DNA of 32,000 bases. It comes from Mycobacterium tuberculosis H37Rv. Lineage in GTDB: Bacteria; Actinomycetota; Actinomycetes; Mycobacteriales; Mycobacteriaceae. The DNA lies in NCBI RefSeq assembly GCF_000195955.2, contig NC_000962.3, positions 2,670,001 to 2,702,000 on the forward strand. Direction: 5' to 3'. The translations under genes were made by a program, and so were the position numbers. Every line of letters begins with the position of its first letter. The stretch's first letter is position 1. Positions 19,942 through 28,245 of the stretch are shown piece by piece. A model generated the notes under the pieces. That model did no database searches. It worked only from the letters and a program-made list of their open reading frames with translations, and was not told the DNA's origin.

Positions 19942-20071
19942 GCCGTTCGCCGGCGGGCGGCCAAACGAACGCGGACCACTTCGAGCCGATAATTTTGCCG
20001 GCCCTCTCGGGCTTTGTCTGCGGTTTTACCGGCTCGGTGCATTCGCGCGCTAGCCGATAGGGTCTATCGCC

Positions 20072-22075
20072 ATGTCCGGTGCCACGGTGGGTGCGCGCGA
20101 AATCACCATCCGCGGAGTCGTCCTGGGCGCATTGATTACCTTGGTGTTCACCGCGGCCAACGTGTACCTGGGGCTAAGGGTTGGATTGACATTCGCCACT
20201 TCCATACCGGCCGCGGTGATCTCGATGGGCGTGCTGCGGTTGTTCGCCAACCACTCAGTGGTGGAGAACAATATTGTTCAGACGATCGCGTCGGCGGCCG
20301 GCACGCTGTCGTCGATCATCTTCGTGTTACCGGCACTGCTCATGATCGGCTGGTGGAGCGGGTTTCCGTACTGGACAACGGCGGCGGTGTGTGCACTGGG
20401 CGGGATCCTTGGCGTCATGTACTCAATTCCGTTGCGCCGCGCACTCGTCACCGGATCAGACCTGCCGTACCCAGAAGGCGTTGCCGGAGCCGAGGTTCTC
20501 AAGATCGGTGACTCCGCACGGGAGATGGAGCACAACCGTAGGGGAATTGGGGTAATCGCCCTGGGCGCGGCAGCGGCGGCGGGATATGCACTGCTGGCAT
20601 CCCTGCGGGTGATCAACAACTCACTGTCGGCCACCTTCCGAGTAGGTTCCGGTGCGACGATGATCGGTGCCAGCTTGTCGCTGGCGTTGATCGGCGTCGG
20701 TCATCTTGTTGGCGTCACCGTCGGTGTCGCAATGATCGTCGGATTGGCTATCGCCTTTGGGGTAATGCTGCCAATACGGACAGCCGGCCAACTGCCGCCG
20801 GACGGGGACTACGCCGTCGCCGTCGCCAGAATTTTCTCGACGGACGTGCGGTTCATCGGGGCGGGCGCCATTGCGGTGGCGGCCGCCTGGACGTTCTTGA
20901 AGATCCTGGGGCCGATTCTGCGTGGCATCGCCGACGCCGCGGTCTCAGCTCGAACCCGACGCCGAGGGCAAGCGGTTGGCCAGACCGAGCGCGACATCCC
21001 GATCCACATCGTGGCCATGGTGGTTCTTCTCTCGCTGATCCCAATCGGATGGCTGCTCGCGGACTTTACCGACGGGACACCGCTCGATGACCGCAGGCCC
21101 GGCGCCATCGCCGCCGGGGTACTGCTCGTCTTGGTCATCGGGTTGATGGTCGCTGCGGTCTGCGGTTACATGGCCGGGTTGATCGGCTCGTCGAACAGCC
21201 CGATCTCGGGCGTGGGCATTCTGGTGGTGGTGCTGGCCGGTCTGCTGATCAAGACTGCGTATGGTCCGGCCACCGGCTCGCAGATTCCGGCCCTGGTGGC
21301 CTACACCGTGTTTACCGCTGCATTGGTCTTCGGCGTGGCGACTATTTCCAACGACAATCTGCAGGACCTCAAAACCGGCCAACTCGTCGGCGCTACCCCA
21401 TGGAAGCAGCAGGTTGCACTGATCATCGGCGTGCTCGTCGGGTCGGTGGTGATGGCGCCGATCCTGCAGCTGATGCAGGCTGGATTCGGGTTCCAGGGGG
21501 CGCCGGGCGCAACGGCCAACGCATTGGCCGCCCCGCAAGCCGCGCTCATGTCCGCGCTGGCCAAGGGAGTATTTGGTGGCTCGCTGAACTGGTCGCTGGT
21601 CGGTGTAGGGGCCTTGACCGGCGTGATAGCGGTCGCGCTCGACGAGACACTGGCCAAGACGACAACCAACCTTCGGCTGCCGCCACTAGCGGTGGGTATG
21701 GGTATGTACCTGTCGGCCGCACTGACGCTGATGATCCCGATCGGCGCATTCCTCGGGCGGATCTATGACTCCTGGGCGCGGTGGTCTGGGGATGACGACG
21801 AGCGCAAGAAACGGTTGGGCGTCATGCTCGCGACGGGCCTGATTGTGGGCGAAAGCCTATACGGGGTGCTCTTTGCCGTCATCGTCGCGACAACTGGCAA
21901 AGAGGAGCCGCTGGCCATGGTCGGCGACGGATTCAGGTTTGCCTCCCAGCCGCTGGGAGCCATCGTCTTTGCCGGCCTCCTCGCTTGGCTCTACCAGCGC
22001 ACCCGGGTCACAGCGTCGTACCGGCTGGCAGCGCCGGCCGGCAGCTCCAAGCCACTGCCCGATTTGCCTGGGTAA
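20072..22075 (+). CDS. OPT-superfamily oligopeptide transporter (polytopic membrane protein)
   Basis: 667-aa ORF that is highly hydrophobic, with around 16 predicted TM segments. The N-terminus is typical of bacterial OPT proteins (REITIRGVVLGALITLVFTAANVYLGLRVG). It lies directly downstream of ggtB. Confidence 0.9.
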   Translation: MSGATVGAREITIRGVVLGALITLVFTAANVYLGLRVGLTFATSIPAAVISMGVLRLFANHSVVENNIVQTIASAAGTLSSIIFVLPALLMIGWWSGFPYWTTAAVCALGGILGVMYSIPLRRALVTGSDLPYPEGVAGAEVLKIGDSAREMEHNRRGIGVIALGAAAAAGYALLASLRVINNSLSATFRVGSGATMIGASLSLALIGVGHLVGVTVGVAMIVGLAIAFGVMLPIRTAGQLPPDGDYAVAVARIFSTDVRFIGAGAIAVAAAWTFLKILGPILRGIADAAVSARTRRRGQAVGQTERDIPIHIVAMVVLLSLIPIGWLLADFTDGTPLDDRRPGAIAAGVLLVLVIGLMVAAVCGYMAGLIGSSNSPISGVGILVVVLAGLLIKTAYGPATGSQIPALVAYTVFTAALVFGVATISNDNLQDLKTGQLVGATPWKQQVALIIGVLVGSVVMAPILQLMQAGFGFQGAPGATANALAAPQAALMSALAKGVFGGSLNWSLVGVGALTGVIAVALDETLAKTTTNLRLPPLAVGMGMYLSAALTLMIPIGAFLGRIYDSWARWSGDDDERKKRLGVMLATGLIVGESLYGVLFAVIVATTGKEEPLAMVGDGFRFASQPLGAIVFAGLLAWLYQRTRVTASYRLAAPAGSSKPLPDLPG

Positions 22076-22103
22076 CCGCATTGCGCCCGAGGGGTCCGGC
22101 TTT

Positions 22104-22121
22104 TCACAGCAACTTCACGGT
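22104..22121 (+). promoter_or_regulatory. PhoP-type direct-repeat box (TCACAGC-N4-TCACGGT)
   Basis: Two 7-bp direct repeats with 11-bp periodicity match the published PhoP DR1/DR2 consensus TCACAGC(N4)TCACAGC at 12/14 positions. The last base overlaps a TTGACA hexamer at 22121..22126. The box lies at the head of the apr/Mcr7 locus. Confidence 0.6.
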
Positions 22122-22171
22122 TGACATCCACCTTGGCTCGCAGCTCTGCGAGGCAGCCTGAGGTGACAAAG

Positions 22172-22521
22172 CCGGCGGCCCGACACATGCAGCCGAGTTG
22201 GCTGGCTCGGAAGGGGGACAGAGTTGACCATGACAGCGAGTGTGGCCAAGGTGACAGCTGCACGCCCGGAGCCAAGCGCGGCGTGGGCTGAAGCCCGGCG
22301 GCGGGTACGCCAACGCCGCGAGGACATGCTGCGCCATCCTGCATTTCTGTCCAAGCAGCTCCCTGCCGAACCAGCAGACGACGACGGCGTCGCGGCCGTC
22401 TACGACATCGCGATTGCGCGTCGGCGCCGACCTGCTTGAGCGGGTCCCGGCGGGTCAACGTCGGCGGCTGCCGGGTAAACCGGCAATCGACGACCGGGCC
22501 TTGGCGGGCGCGTCGCGTTCT
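22172..22521 (+). ncRNA. mcr7: Mcr7 (PhoP-dependent sRNA) region; boundaries approximate and recalled from memory
   Basis: The position between the OPT transporter gene and PE_PGRS41, downstream of the PhoP box, matches where Mcr7 was mapped in the literature as I recall it. The ends cannot be derived from the sequence alone. Confidence 0.35.
22224..22439 (+). CDS. aprA: Small ORF aprA (71 codons), acid/phagosome-regulated locus
   Basis: ORF from TTG 22224, with an in-frame ATG at 22230. GGAAGGGGGA lies upstream. Third-position GC is only 48/71 by hand count, which is weak for this genome. Confidence 0.45.
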   Translation: MTMTASVAKVTAARPEPSAAWAEARRRVRQRREDMLRHPAFLSKQLPAEPADDDGVAAVYDIAIARRRRPA

Positions 22522-22657
22522 GCCAGCTGAACTCGCCGAGCCTGGTCGATGTGCCTGGGCTGGTGCCCGCGATGCCCTTGGACGCGCTCCGGCCGGCGAG
22601 ACAGCCGACGAGTGGCTTGGGCGAATGCGCCACGATGCGTCGGCCAGAGGCGGGTAA
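22436..22657 (+). CDS. aprB: Small ORF aprB (73 codons)
   Basis: ORF from TTG 22436, overlapping the aprA stop (TTGA). The composition is Arg/Gly/Ala-rich and I recognise no domain. Coding status is uncertain. Confidence 0.4.
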   Translation: MSGSRRVNVGGCRVNRQSTTGPWRARRVLPAELAEPGRCAWAGARDALGRAPAGETADEWLGRMRHDASARGG

Positions 22658-22798
22658 CGAGAAGGTGGCGGTGATCTGGGAAAGCCTGGATGTCGTTCCC
22701 CCCGAGTCGCTATAGTCAACTGCGCCGATGGGTCAATGCTGGCCAGGCGATGCTCTGGTCGACATGGCTTAGCAATCCTGACATTTTGGAGGTGCCGG

Positions 22799-23884
22799 AT
22801 GTCGTTCCTGATTGCTTCGCCGGAGGCGCTAGCGGCGACAGCCACATATTTGACAGGTATCGGTTCGGCAATCAGCGCGGCGAACGCGGTCGCGGCCGCC
22901 CCGACAACAGAGATCCTGGCGGCGGGGACCGACGAGGTGTCCACCGCCATCTCAGCGCTGTTCGGCGCTCATGCCCAGGCATATCAGGCGCTCAGCGCCC
23001 ACGTGGCGGCATTTCACGACCAGTTCGTGCATACCTTGACCGCCGGTGCCGGCTCATACATGGCCGCCGAGGCCGCCGCCGCCTCGCCTCTGCAGGCTTT
23101 GCAGCTGGAGCTGCTCAACGCCATCAATGCACCCACCCTGGCGCTGTTGGGACGCCCGTTGATCGGCGACGGCACCGATGCGGCGCCGGGGAGCGGGGGG
23201 GCCGGCGGGGCCGGCGGCATCTTGATCGGCAACGGCGGGACCGGCGGCGCCAGCGACTTAGCCGGGACCGGCCGCGGCGGGGTCGGCGGGGCGGGCGGCG
23301 CCGGCGGGCTCTTCGGCATCGGCGGCGCCGGCGGGGGCTGCGGGTCCGCGGTGGCGATCGGGGGTGACGGCGGGGCTGGTGGCGCCGGCGGCGTGTTCAG
23401 CGGCGGCGGCGCCGGCGGGGCCGGCGACGCCATCGGGGGTAGCGGCGGCGCGGGCGGCACCGGTGGGCTGTTGGGTGGTGGCGGCGGCGCGGGCGGCGCC
23501 GGCGGCGCCGGCGGCAATGGCGGGGGCGCCAGCAACAGCGCAAGTATCGGGGGTGACGGTGGGTCCGGCGGCGCGGGCGGCATGCTCTACGGTGCCGGCG
23601 GCGTCGGCGGCAACGGCGGGGCCGCGGTCGCTATCGGGGGTGACGGCGGGGCCGGCGGCAGGGCCGGAGCGATCGGCAACGGCGGTGACGGCGGCAACGG
23701 CGGGACTTCCAACACCCCCGGCGGTAGCGGCGGCGACGGCGGCAATGGCGGGAACGCCGGACTGATCGGCAACGGCGGTAACGGCGGCAACGCCGAGATT
23801 GTCATCTCCGGCGGTAGCGTCGCCGGCACCGGTGGCAACGGCGGGTTGCTGTTGGGCTTCAACGGCACGAACGGGCTGCCGTAG
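22799..23884 (+). CDS. PE_PGRS41: PE_PGRS family protein (PE_PGRS41 / aprC)
   Basis: This lies within ORF 22736..23884. The ATG at 22799 is preceded by GGAGG (22787..22791). The PE domain [30 protein letters not shown]... is followed by the linker GRPLIGDG and then GGAGG/GGNGG repeats to the C-terminus. Confidence 0.93.
   Translation: MSFLIASPEALAATATYLTGIGSAISAANAVAAAPTTEILAAGTDEVSTAISALFGAHAQAYQALSAHVAAFHDQFVHTLTAGAGSYMAAEAAAASPLQALQLELLNAINAPTLALLGRPLIGDGTDAAPGSGGAGGAGGILIGNGGTGGASDLAGTGRGGVGGAGGAGGLFGIGGAGGGCGSAVAIGGDGGAGGAGGVFSGGGAGGAGDAIGGSGGAGGTGGLLGGGGGAGGAGGAGGNGGGASNSASIGGDGGSGGAGGMLYGAGGVGGNGGAAVAIGGDGGAGGRAGAIGNGGDGGNGGTSNTPGGSGGDGGNGGNAGLIGNGGNGGNAEIVISGGSVAGTGGNGGLLLGFNGTNGLP
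23189..23881 (+). repeat. PGRS domain: degenerate tandem Gly-Gly-Ala / Gly-Gly-Asn coding repeats (very high GC)
   Basis: Runs of GGCGGNGCC/GGCGGCAAC triplets generate long spurious ORFs in several other frames on both strands. Confidence 0.9.
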
Positions 23885-23908
23885 CGGGCGAGCCCGCCGG
23901 CCTCTGGA

Positions 23909-24964
23909 TCACGTCGATGTGACTTTGACCCGTTCCACGCCGGCATCGTCGACGCCCGATACGCCACCGGCAATCGGCGGCACCCGGGTGGCACGCACGT
24001 AGACGGTGTCACCCTCGCGTAGGGCCAGCGCCTCGGCATCGCCGCGGGTGATCTGGGCGGTGAAGGCCCCGCCGGTGGCCGCGCTGGTCAACTCCACGCG
24101 GACCTCGAAGCCCAGCACCACCACCCGATCCACAACAGCCCGTAGCACACCGGTGGACCCGGCGGTGCCGTCAGCGGCGGCCACGGCCATATTGGGAGTC
24201 CGGCCGACCCGGATGTCGTGCGGGCGCACCAGGGAGCCGTTCAACGTGGAAACCGCTCCCAAGAAGGACATCACGAAGGCGTTCGCCGGGGCGTCGTAAA
24301 CGTCGGTCGGGGATCCGACCTGCTCGATACGGCCCTTGTGGAGTACGGCGATGCGGTCGGCCACATCCAGCGCTTCGGCCTGATCGTGGGTGACCAGCAC
24401 CGTGGTGACATGCACCTCGTCGTGCAGGCGGCGCAGCCAGGCACGCAGCTCTTCGCGCACCTTGGCATCGAGTGCGCCGAACGGCTCGTCGAGCAGCAGC
24501 ACCTCCGGATCGACCGCCAGCGCCCTGGCCAGCGCCATCCGCTGTCGTTGCCCACCGGAGAGCTGATTGGGGTAGCGGCTCTGAAATCCGCTCAGGCCCA
24601 CCACCTGCAGCAGATTGTCGACCTTGGCCTTGATCTCGGCCTTGGGGCGCTTACGGATCTTCAACCCGAACGCCACGTTGTCACGGACAGTCAGGTGTTT
24701 GAACGCCGCGTAGTGCTGGAAGACGAATCCGATGCCACGCCGCTGTGGCGGCACCCGGGTGACGTCGCGGCCGTTGATCGTGATGGTTCCGGTGTCCGGT
24801 TGGTCGAGGCCGGCTATGGTGCGCAACAGCGTCGACTTGCCCGAACCGCTGGGGCCCAACAATGCGGTCAGCGAACCGGTCGGTACGACGAAATCCACGT
24901 GGTCAAGTGCGACGAAGTCGCCGTAGCGTTTGGTGGCGTCGGCCACGACGATGGCGTAGGTCAT
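23909..24964 (-). CDS. cysA1: Sulfate/thiosulfate ABC transporter ATP-binding protein
   Basis: This lies within ORF 23909..24970. The ATG at 24964 is preceded by GAAGGAGA. Walker [10 protein letters not shown], signature LSGGQRQR and Walker B LLLDEPF are present, plus a C-terminal TOBE-like regulatory domain. Confidence 0.95.
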   Translation of the reverse strand: MTYAIVVADATKRYGDFVALDHVDFVVPTGSLTALLGPSGSGKSTLLRTIAGLDQPDTGTITINGRDVTRVPPQRRGIGFVFQHYAAFKHLTVRDNVAFGLKIRKRPKAEIKAKVDNLLQVVGLSGFQSRYPNQLSGGQRQRMALARALAVDPEVLLLDEPFGALDAKVREELRAWLRRLHDEVHVTTVLVTHDQAEALDVADRIAVLHKGRIEQVGSPTDVYDAPANAFVMSFLGAVSTLNGSLVRPHDIRVGRTPNMAVAAADGTAGSTGVLRAVVDRVVVLGFEVRVELTSAATGGAFTAQITRGDAEALALREGDTVYVRATRVPPIAGGVSGVDDAGVERVKVTST

Positions 24965-24980
24965 TTTCACCGTCTCCTTC

Positions 24981-25799
24981 TCAGCCCTCGCTGACCGCTC
25001 GTGCCCGGCGGGCGTCTAGCACCATCTGGACGATCAGCACCACCACGGAAACCGCCATCAGCAGCGTCGACAGCGCGTAGGCACCGTACTCGGCCCCACG
25101 GTGGTAGCGGTCGGAGACCAAGAGGGTCAGTGTTTGCGATGTCCCTGGAAGGTTCGACGAGACGATGATGACCGCCCCATATTCGCCGAGGGTTCGAGCG
25201 ACGGTCAATACGATGCCGTACGTCAGGCCCCACCGGATGGAGGGCAGCGTGATTCGCCAGAATGTCTGCCACCAACCGGAACCCAGCGTCGCCGCCGCCT
25301 GCTCCTGGTCGGTGCCCAATTCGTGCAATACGGGTTCCACTTCGCGCACCACGAATGGACAGGTGACGAACATGCTGCCAAGCACGATTCCCGGCAGCCC
25401 GAAGATGATCTTGAAGCCAAGGTCCTGCTCGACGAAGCCCAGGGCGCCGGCCGATCCCCACAGCAAGATCAACGAGACGCCCACGATGACGGGTGAAACC
25501 GCAAAAGGCAGATCGATAATCGCCTGCAAGACGCCCTTGCCGCGGAACCGGTTGCGGGCCAGCACCAATGCCGTCGTGACTCCAAAGATCACGTTCAGCG
25601 GTACCACGATAGCCACCACCAGTAGCGACAGGTTCAGCGCTGATATCGCCGCCGGGGTACTGATCCAGGCGTAGAACTGGCCAAAGCCCGGTTCGAAGGT
25701 CCGCCACAGGATCAGCGCTACCGGAACGATCAACAGCACAAAGACGTACCCCAGCGCGACCGATCGGACGAGGTAGCGAGCCGCCGGCAAGGAGGTCAT
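24981..25799 (-). CDS. cysW: Sulfate ABC transporter permease CysW
   Basis: 272-aa polytopic ORF with the EAA-loop region [23 protein letters not shown]. Its ATG overlaps the cysT stop (ATGA at 25796..25799). Confidence 0.95.
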   Translation of the reverse strand: MTSLPAARYLVRSVALGYVFVLLIVPVALILWRTFEPGFGQFYAWISTPAAISALNLSLLVVAIVVPLNVIFGVTTALVLARNRFRGKGVLQAIIDLPFAVSPVIVGVSLILLWGSAGALGFVEQDLGFKIIFGLPGIVLGSMFVTCPFVVREVEPVLHELGTDQEQAAATLGSGWWQTFWRITLPSIRWGLTYGIVLTVARTLGEYGAVIIVSSNLPGTSQTLTLLVSDRYHRGAEYGAYALSTLLMAVSVVVLIVQMVLDARRARAVSEG

Positions 25800-26647
25800 G
25801 CGGCCATCTCCTCACGTTTGGCCGCACGCGCGCCGACGACACGTAGGATGAGCAGCACAATGAACGAAATCGAGAGCAATACAACCGATATCGCGGCCGC
25901 TCCGGTGCGGTCGTCGTTCTCGATCAGGGTGCGAATCCATTGCGAGGACACCTCGGTCTTGCCCGGCACGGCCCCGCCGATCAGAACCACCGAACCGAAC
26001 TCGCCGATAGCGCGCGAAAACGCCAGGCCCGCACCGGATAACAATGCCGGCGTCAGCGACGGCAACACCACCGAAGTGAAGATTTTGGCACCATTAGCGC
26101 CCAGCGACGCCGCCGCCTCCTCGGTCTCGCGATCGATTTCCAGCAGCACCGGCTGCACGGCGCGCACCACGAACGGCAATGTGACGAACGCCAACGCCAC
26201 CCCAACACCGGTCGCGGTGTGTTGAAAATGAAGCCCCACCGGGCTGTTGTTCCCGTACAGTGCCAACATCACCAGGCTGGCGACGATGGTGGGCAACGCA
26301 AACGGCAGATCGATAATCGCATCGACGATCCGCTTGCCAGCGAAGTCGTCACGCACCAGCACCCAGGCGATCAGCAAGCCGAACACCAGGTTGATGACCG
26401 TGACTGCGGTCGAAATCGTCAGCGTTACCCGGAACGACTCCATCGCGGCATGCGACGAGACCGCCAGCCAGAAGGCCCGCCAACCACCGCCCGCGGCCTG
26501 CCAGACGATGGCGGCCAGCGGCAACAGCACGATCACCGAAAGCCACACCACTGCCATACCGACCCGAACGGAAGGGGGGCCCGCGGGGCCGGAAAGGCGC
26601 GCGCGGAACTGCGGCGCGCGGCGTTCGCCGACCAACGATTCCGTCAT
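25796..26647 (-). CDS. cysT: Sulfate ABC transporter permease CysT
   Basis: This lies within ORF 25796..26827. The ATG at 26647 (MTESLVGERR..., 283 aa) overlaps the subI stop (ATGA). EAA loop: ETEEAAASLGANGAKIFTSVVLP. The longer ORF would overlap subI by 180 nt. Confidence 0.92.
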   Translation of the reverse strand: MTESLVGERRAPQFRARLSGPAGPPSVRVGMAVVWLSVIVLLPLAAIVWQAAGGGWRAFWLAVSSHAAMESFRVTLTISTAVTVINLVFGLLIAWVLVRDDFAGKRIVDAIIDLPFALPTIVASLVMLALYGNNSPVGLHFQHTATGVGVALAFVTLPFVVRAVQPVLLEIDRETEEAAASLGANGAKIFTSVVLPSLTPALLSGAGLAFSRAIGEFGSVVLIGGAVPGKTEVSSQWIRTLIENDDRTGAAAISVVLLSISFIVLLILRVVGARAAKREEMAA

Positions 26648-27714
26648 CCGGTGGCCCGCAGATAAATCTTGGTGATGCTGCCGGTCGCCTTGTCGAACAG
26701 CTGAGGATCCACGCTGCCCCAGCCACCGAGGTCGGCGATCGTCCACAGTTTCGCCGGCACCGGAAACAGGTCGGCAAAATCGGCGGCGACCGCCGGATCG
26801 ACCGGCCGGAAACCGGCCTGCGCCCATAACTTCTGCGCCTGCACGGTGTACTGGAAGTTTCTGAATGCGGTCGCCGCTCCAAGGTGTGTGCTGGTCGCCA
26901 CTACGGCCAACGGATTTTCGATCTTGAACGTCTGCGGCGGGGTGACGTGCTGCACCGGTTTGCCCGCCCGCTCGGTGGCGATGGCTTCGTTCTCGTAGCT
27001 GATCAACACGTCACCGCTGCCCTGGACAAAAACATCGGTGGCTTCCCGCCCCGACCCGGGGCGCAATTTGACGTGTTCATTCACCAATGTATTGACAAAG
27101 TCGATCCCCGCTTGGTTATTCCGGCCACCGTCACTTTTCGCGGCGTAGGGGGCTAGCAGATTCCACTTGGCAGAACCCGAACTCAGCGGACTGGGCGTGA
27201 TGACCTCAATACCCGGGCGCAACAGGTCATCCCAATCTCTGATGTTCTTCGGGTTACCCGCGCGGACCACAAACGTCACCACCGACCCGAACGGGATGCC
27301 CTTGGTGGCATCGGCGTCCCAGTCCTTGTCAACCTTGCCGGCCTTGACCAGGCGAGCGATGTCCGGTTCGACCGAGAAGTTCACCAGGTCGGCCGGTTTA
27401 CCGTCGGCAACACCGCGCGACTGGTCGGCCGACGCGCCATATGAGGTAATCACCTGGACTCCCCGGCCCTGTTCGGAAGCGTTGAACGCGGGAATCACCG
27501 CACTCCAGCCGGGTTCCGGGACGGCGTAGGCGACCAGGGTGATGCTCGTATGCGCACGGTCCGGTCCCGCACGGCCGACCACGTCGCTGGGACCGCCATG
27601 ACACCCCACGCCGATACCGGCGATCAATGCGCACACCACCCCGGCAGGGATAATGTGCCGCCAGCGGGATGCGCTAGCGATGCAGCTCGCTTCAGAAAGC
27701 GTCAAGGAGAGCAT
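26644..27714 (-). CDS. subI: Sulfate-binding lipoprotein SubI (periplasmic-type binding protein)
   Basis: 356-aa ORF with GGAAGG 7 nt upstream of the ATG. It has a signal/lipobox region ALIAGIGVGC and the sulfate/thiosulfate-binding family body. It is the first gene of the subI-cysTWA1 operon. Confidence 0.93.
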   Translation of the reverse strand: MLSLTLSEASCIASASRWRHIIPAGVVCALIAGIGVGCHGGPSDVVGRAGPDRAHTSITLVAYAVPEPGWSAVIPAFNASEQGRGVQVITSYGASADQSRGVADGKPADLVNFSVEPDIARLVKAGKVDKDWDADATKGIPFGSVVTFVVRAGNPKNIRDWDDLLRPGIEVITPSPLSSGSAKWNLLAPYAAKSDGGRNNQAGIDFVNTLVNEHVKLRPGSGREATDVFVQGSGDVLISYENEAIATERAGKPVQHVTPPQTFKIENPLAVVATSTHLGAATAFRNFQYTVQAQKLWAQAGFRPVDPAVAADFADLFPVPAKLWTIADLGGWGSVDPQLFDKATGSITKIYLRATG

Positions 27715-27727
27715 TGGCGACCTTCCG

Positions 27728-28057
27728 GTGCGGGACTTTGGACAACGTTCCCGTAGCGGCGGAAAGGCGATCGCTGAACATTGCAGGACTCACGAACTCC
27801 ACATCAGACCGCGCACGGGTGGGGAGTCAGCGACAACAGTGCAGGTTGGCCGCAGCGCCGCAAACGAGCGCGCCGACATAGCGCCCCGAAAAACCCGATG
27901 CTGCGTGCACGTGGCGAAGCCTAACAGAATTCGGCTGGCCGACCAGTTGGCGCGCAGCTCAATGGGTGAGAAGCCAGGTCACGATCACCAGCGCAACCAG
28001 CGTGACCAGAACCAACGTGACGTGCGACCTCGGCATCCGGGCTACCTGGGCGCCTGA
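27728..28057 (+). CDS. Hypothetical protein (Rv2401-like); coding status doubtful
   Basis: GTG-initiated 109-codon part of ORF 27653..28057. Third-position GC is about 73/109 by hand count, which is low. It covers the subI upstream region, and its 3' end is antisense to better-looking minus-strand coding sequence. Confidence 0.3.
   Translation: MRDFGQRSRSGGKAIAEHCRTHELHIRPRTGGESATTVQVGRSAANERADIAPRKTRCCVHVAKPNRIRLADQLARSSMGEKPGHDHQRNQRDQNQRDVRPRHPGYLGA
27959..28036 (-). CDS. Candidate 25-aa single-TM micropeptide (MPRSHVTLVLVTLVALVIVTWLLTH)
   Basis: The ATG at 28036 lies 5 nt downstream of the Rv2401A-like stop. 21/25 codons end in G/C. The hydrophobic core is about 18 residues. There is no strong Shine-Dalgarno sequence. 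Confidence 0.3.
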   Translation of the reverse strand: MPRSHVTLVLVTLVALVIVTWLLTH

Positions 28058-28245
28058 TCGGGGCGGCGGGCGCGGCGAATCAACTGAATGACCCGGCCGA
28101 GCAGGGCATCCAGCAATGCCGCGGTGAAATAGGCCAAAGCCAGCACGACCGGCATGACTGCCAACGCCTGCAGCGCGAACGGGAGTCCGGACAGCCACAG
28201 CTCGACGCCGTCCCACCAACTCAGGAACCCGTTCATCGGGCCCAC
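28042..28245 (-). CDS. Small conserved membrane protein (Rv2401A-like, 67 aa)
   Basis: ORF with strong G/C third-position bias, a hydrophobic segment LPFALQALAVMPVVLALAYFTAALL, and a basic C-terminal tail. It has a GTG start at 28245, with an alternative ATG at 28236. Confidence 0.7.
   Translation of the reverse strand: MGPMNGFLSWWDGVELWLSGLPFALQALAVMPVVLALAYFTAALLDALLGRVIQLIRRARRPDQAPR

Noticed and set aside
19982-20037. Possible terminator after ggtB (CGAGCCG...CGGCTCG, inner GCCC-tctc-GGGC followed by TTTG)
   Set aside because: The stems are only 4-7 bp with a long irregular interior. It is not distinguishable from background.
20055-20069. Palindrome CGATAG-GGT-CTATCG two nt upstream of the OPT transporter ATG (possible operator or RBS-occluding hairpin)
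   Set aside because: A 6-bp arm with a fixed spacer is expected several times by chance in 32 kb. I found no second copy or known motif match. It is worth noting only because no Shine-Dalgarno sequence is visible there.
21991-22950. 319-codon minus-strand ORF spanning the whole apr locus and the 5' end of PE_PGRS41
   Set aside because: The composition is Arg/Pro/Ala/Ser-rich, typical of non-coding frames in 65% GC DNA. It has no recognisable domain and no Shine-Dalgarno sequence, and it overlaps the 3' end of the OPT gene and the PE start. Long stop-free frames are expected by chance here.
23884-23897. Short GC hairpin GCGGGC-GA-GCCCGC in the 24-nt gap between the PE_PGRS41 and cysA1 stops
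   Set aside because: The stem is effectively 5 bp, the loop is too small, and there is no U-tract. This is too weak to call a terminator.
22690-24039. Several long ORFs in alternative frames and strands over the PGRS region (for example 22690..23367 +, 23014..23583 -, 23364..23765 +, 23587..24039 -)
   Set aside because: These are by-products of the GGC-GGN-GCC repeat periodicity (poly-Pro/Ala/Arg translations). Only the PE-initiated frame has a recognisable domain and a Shine-Dalgarno sequence.
26648-26827. 60-codon N-terminal extension of cysT
   Set aside because: It overlaps the 3' end of subI in another frame and has a junk composition (GRRRFCRP...). The ATGA coupling at 26644..26647 gives the expected permease length.
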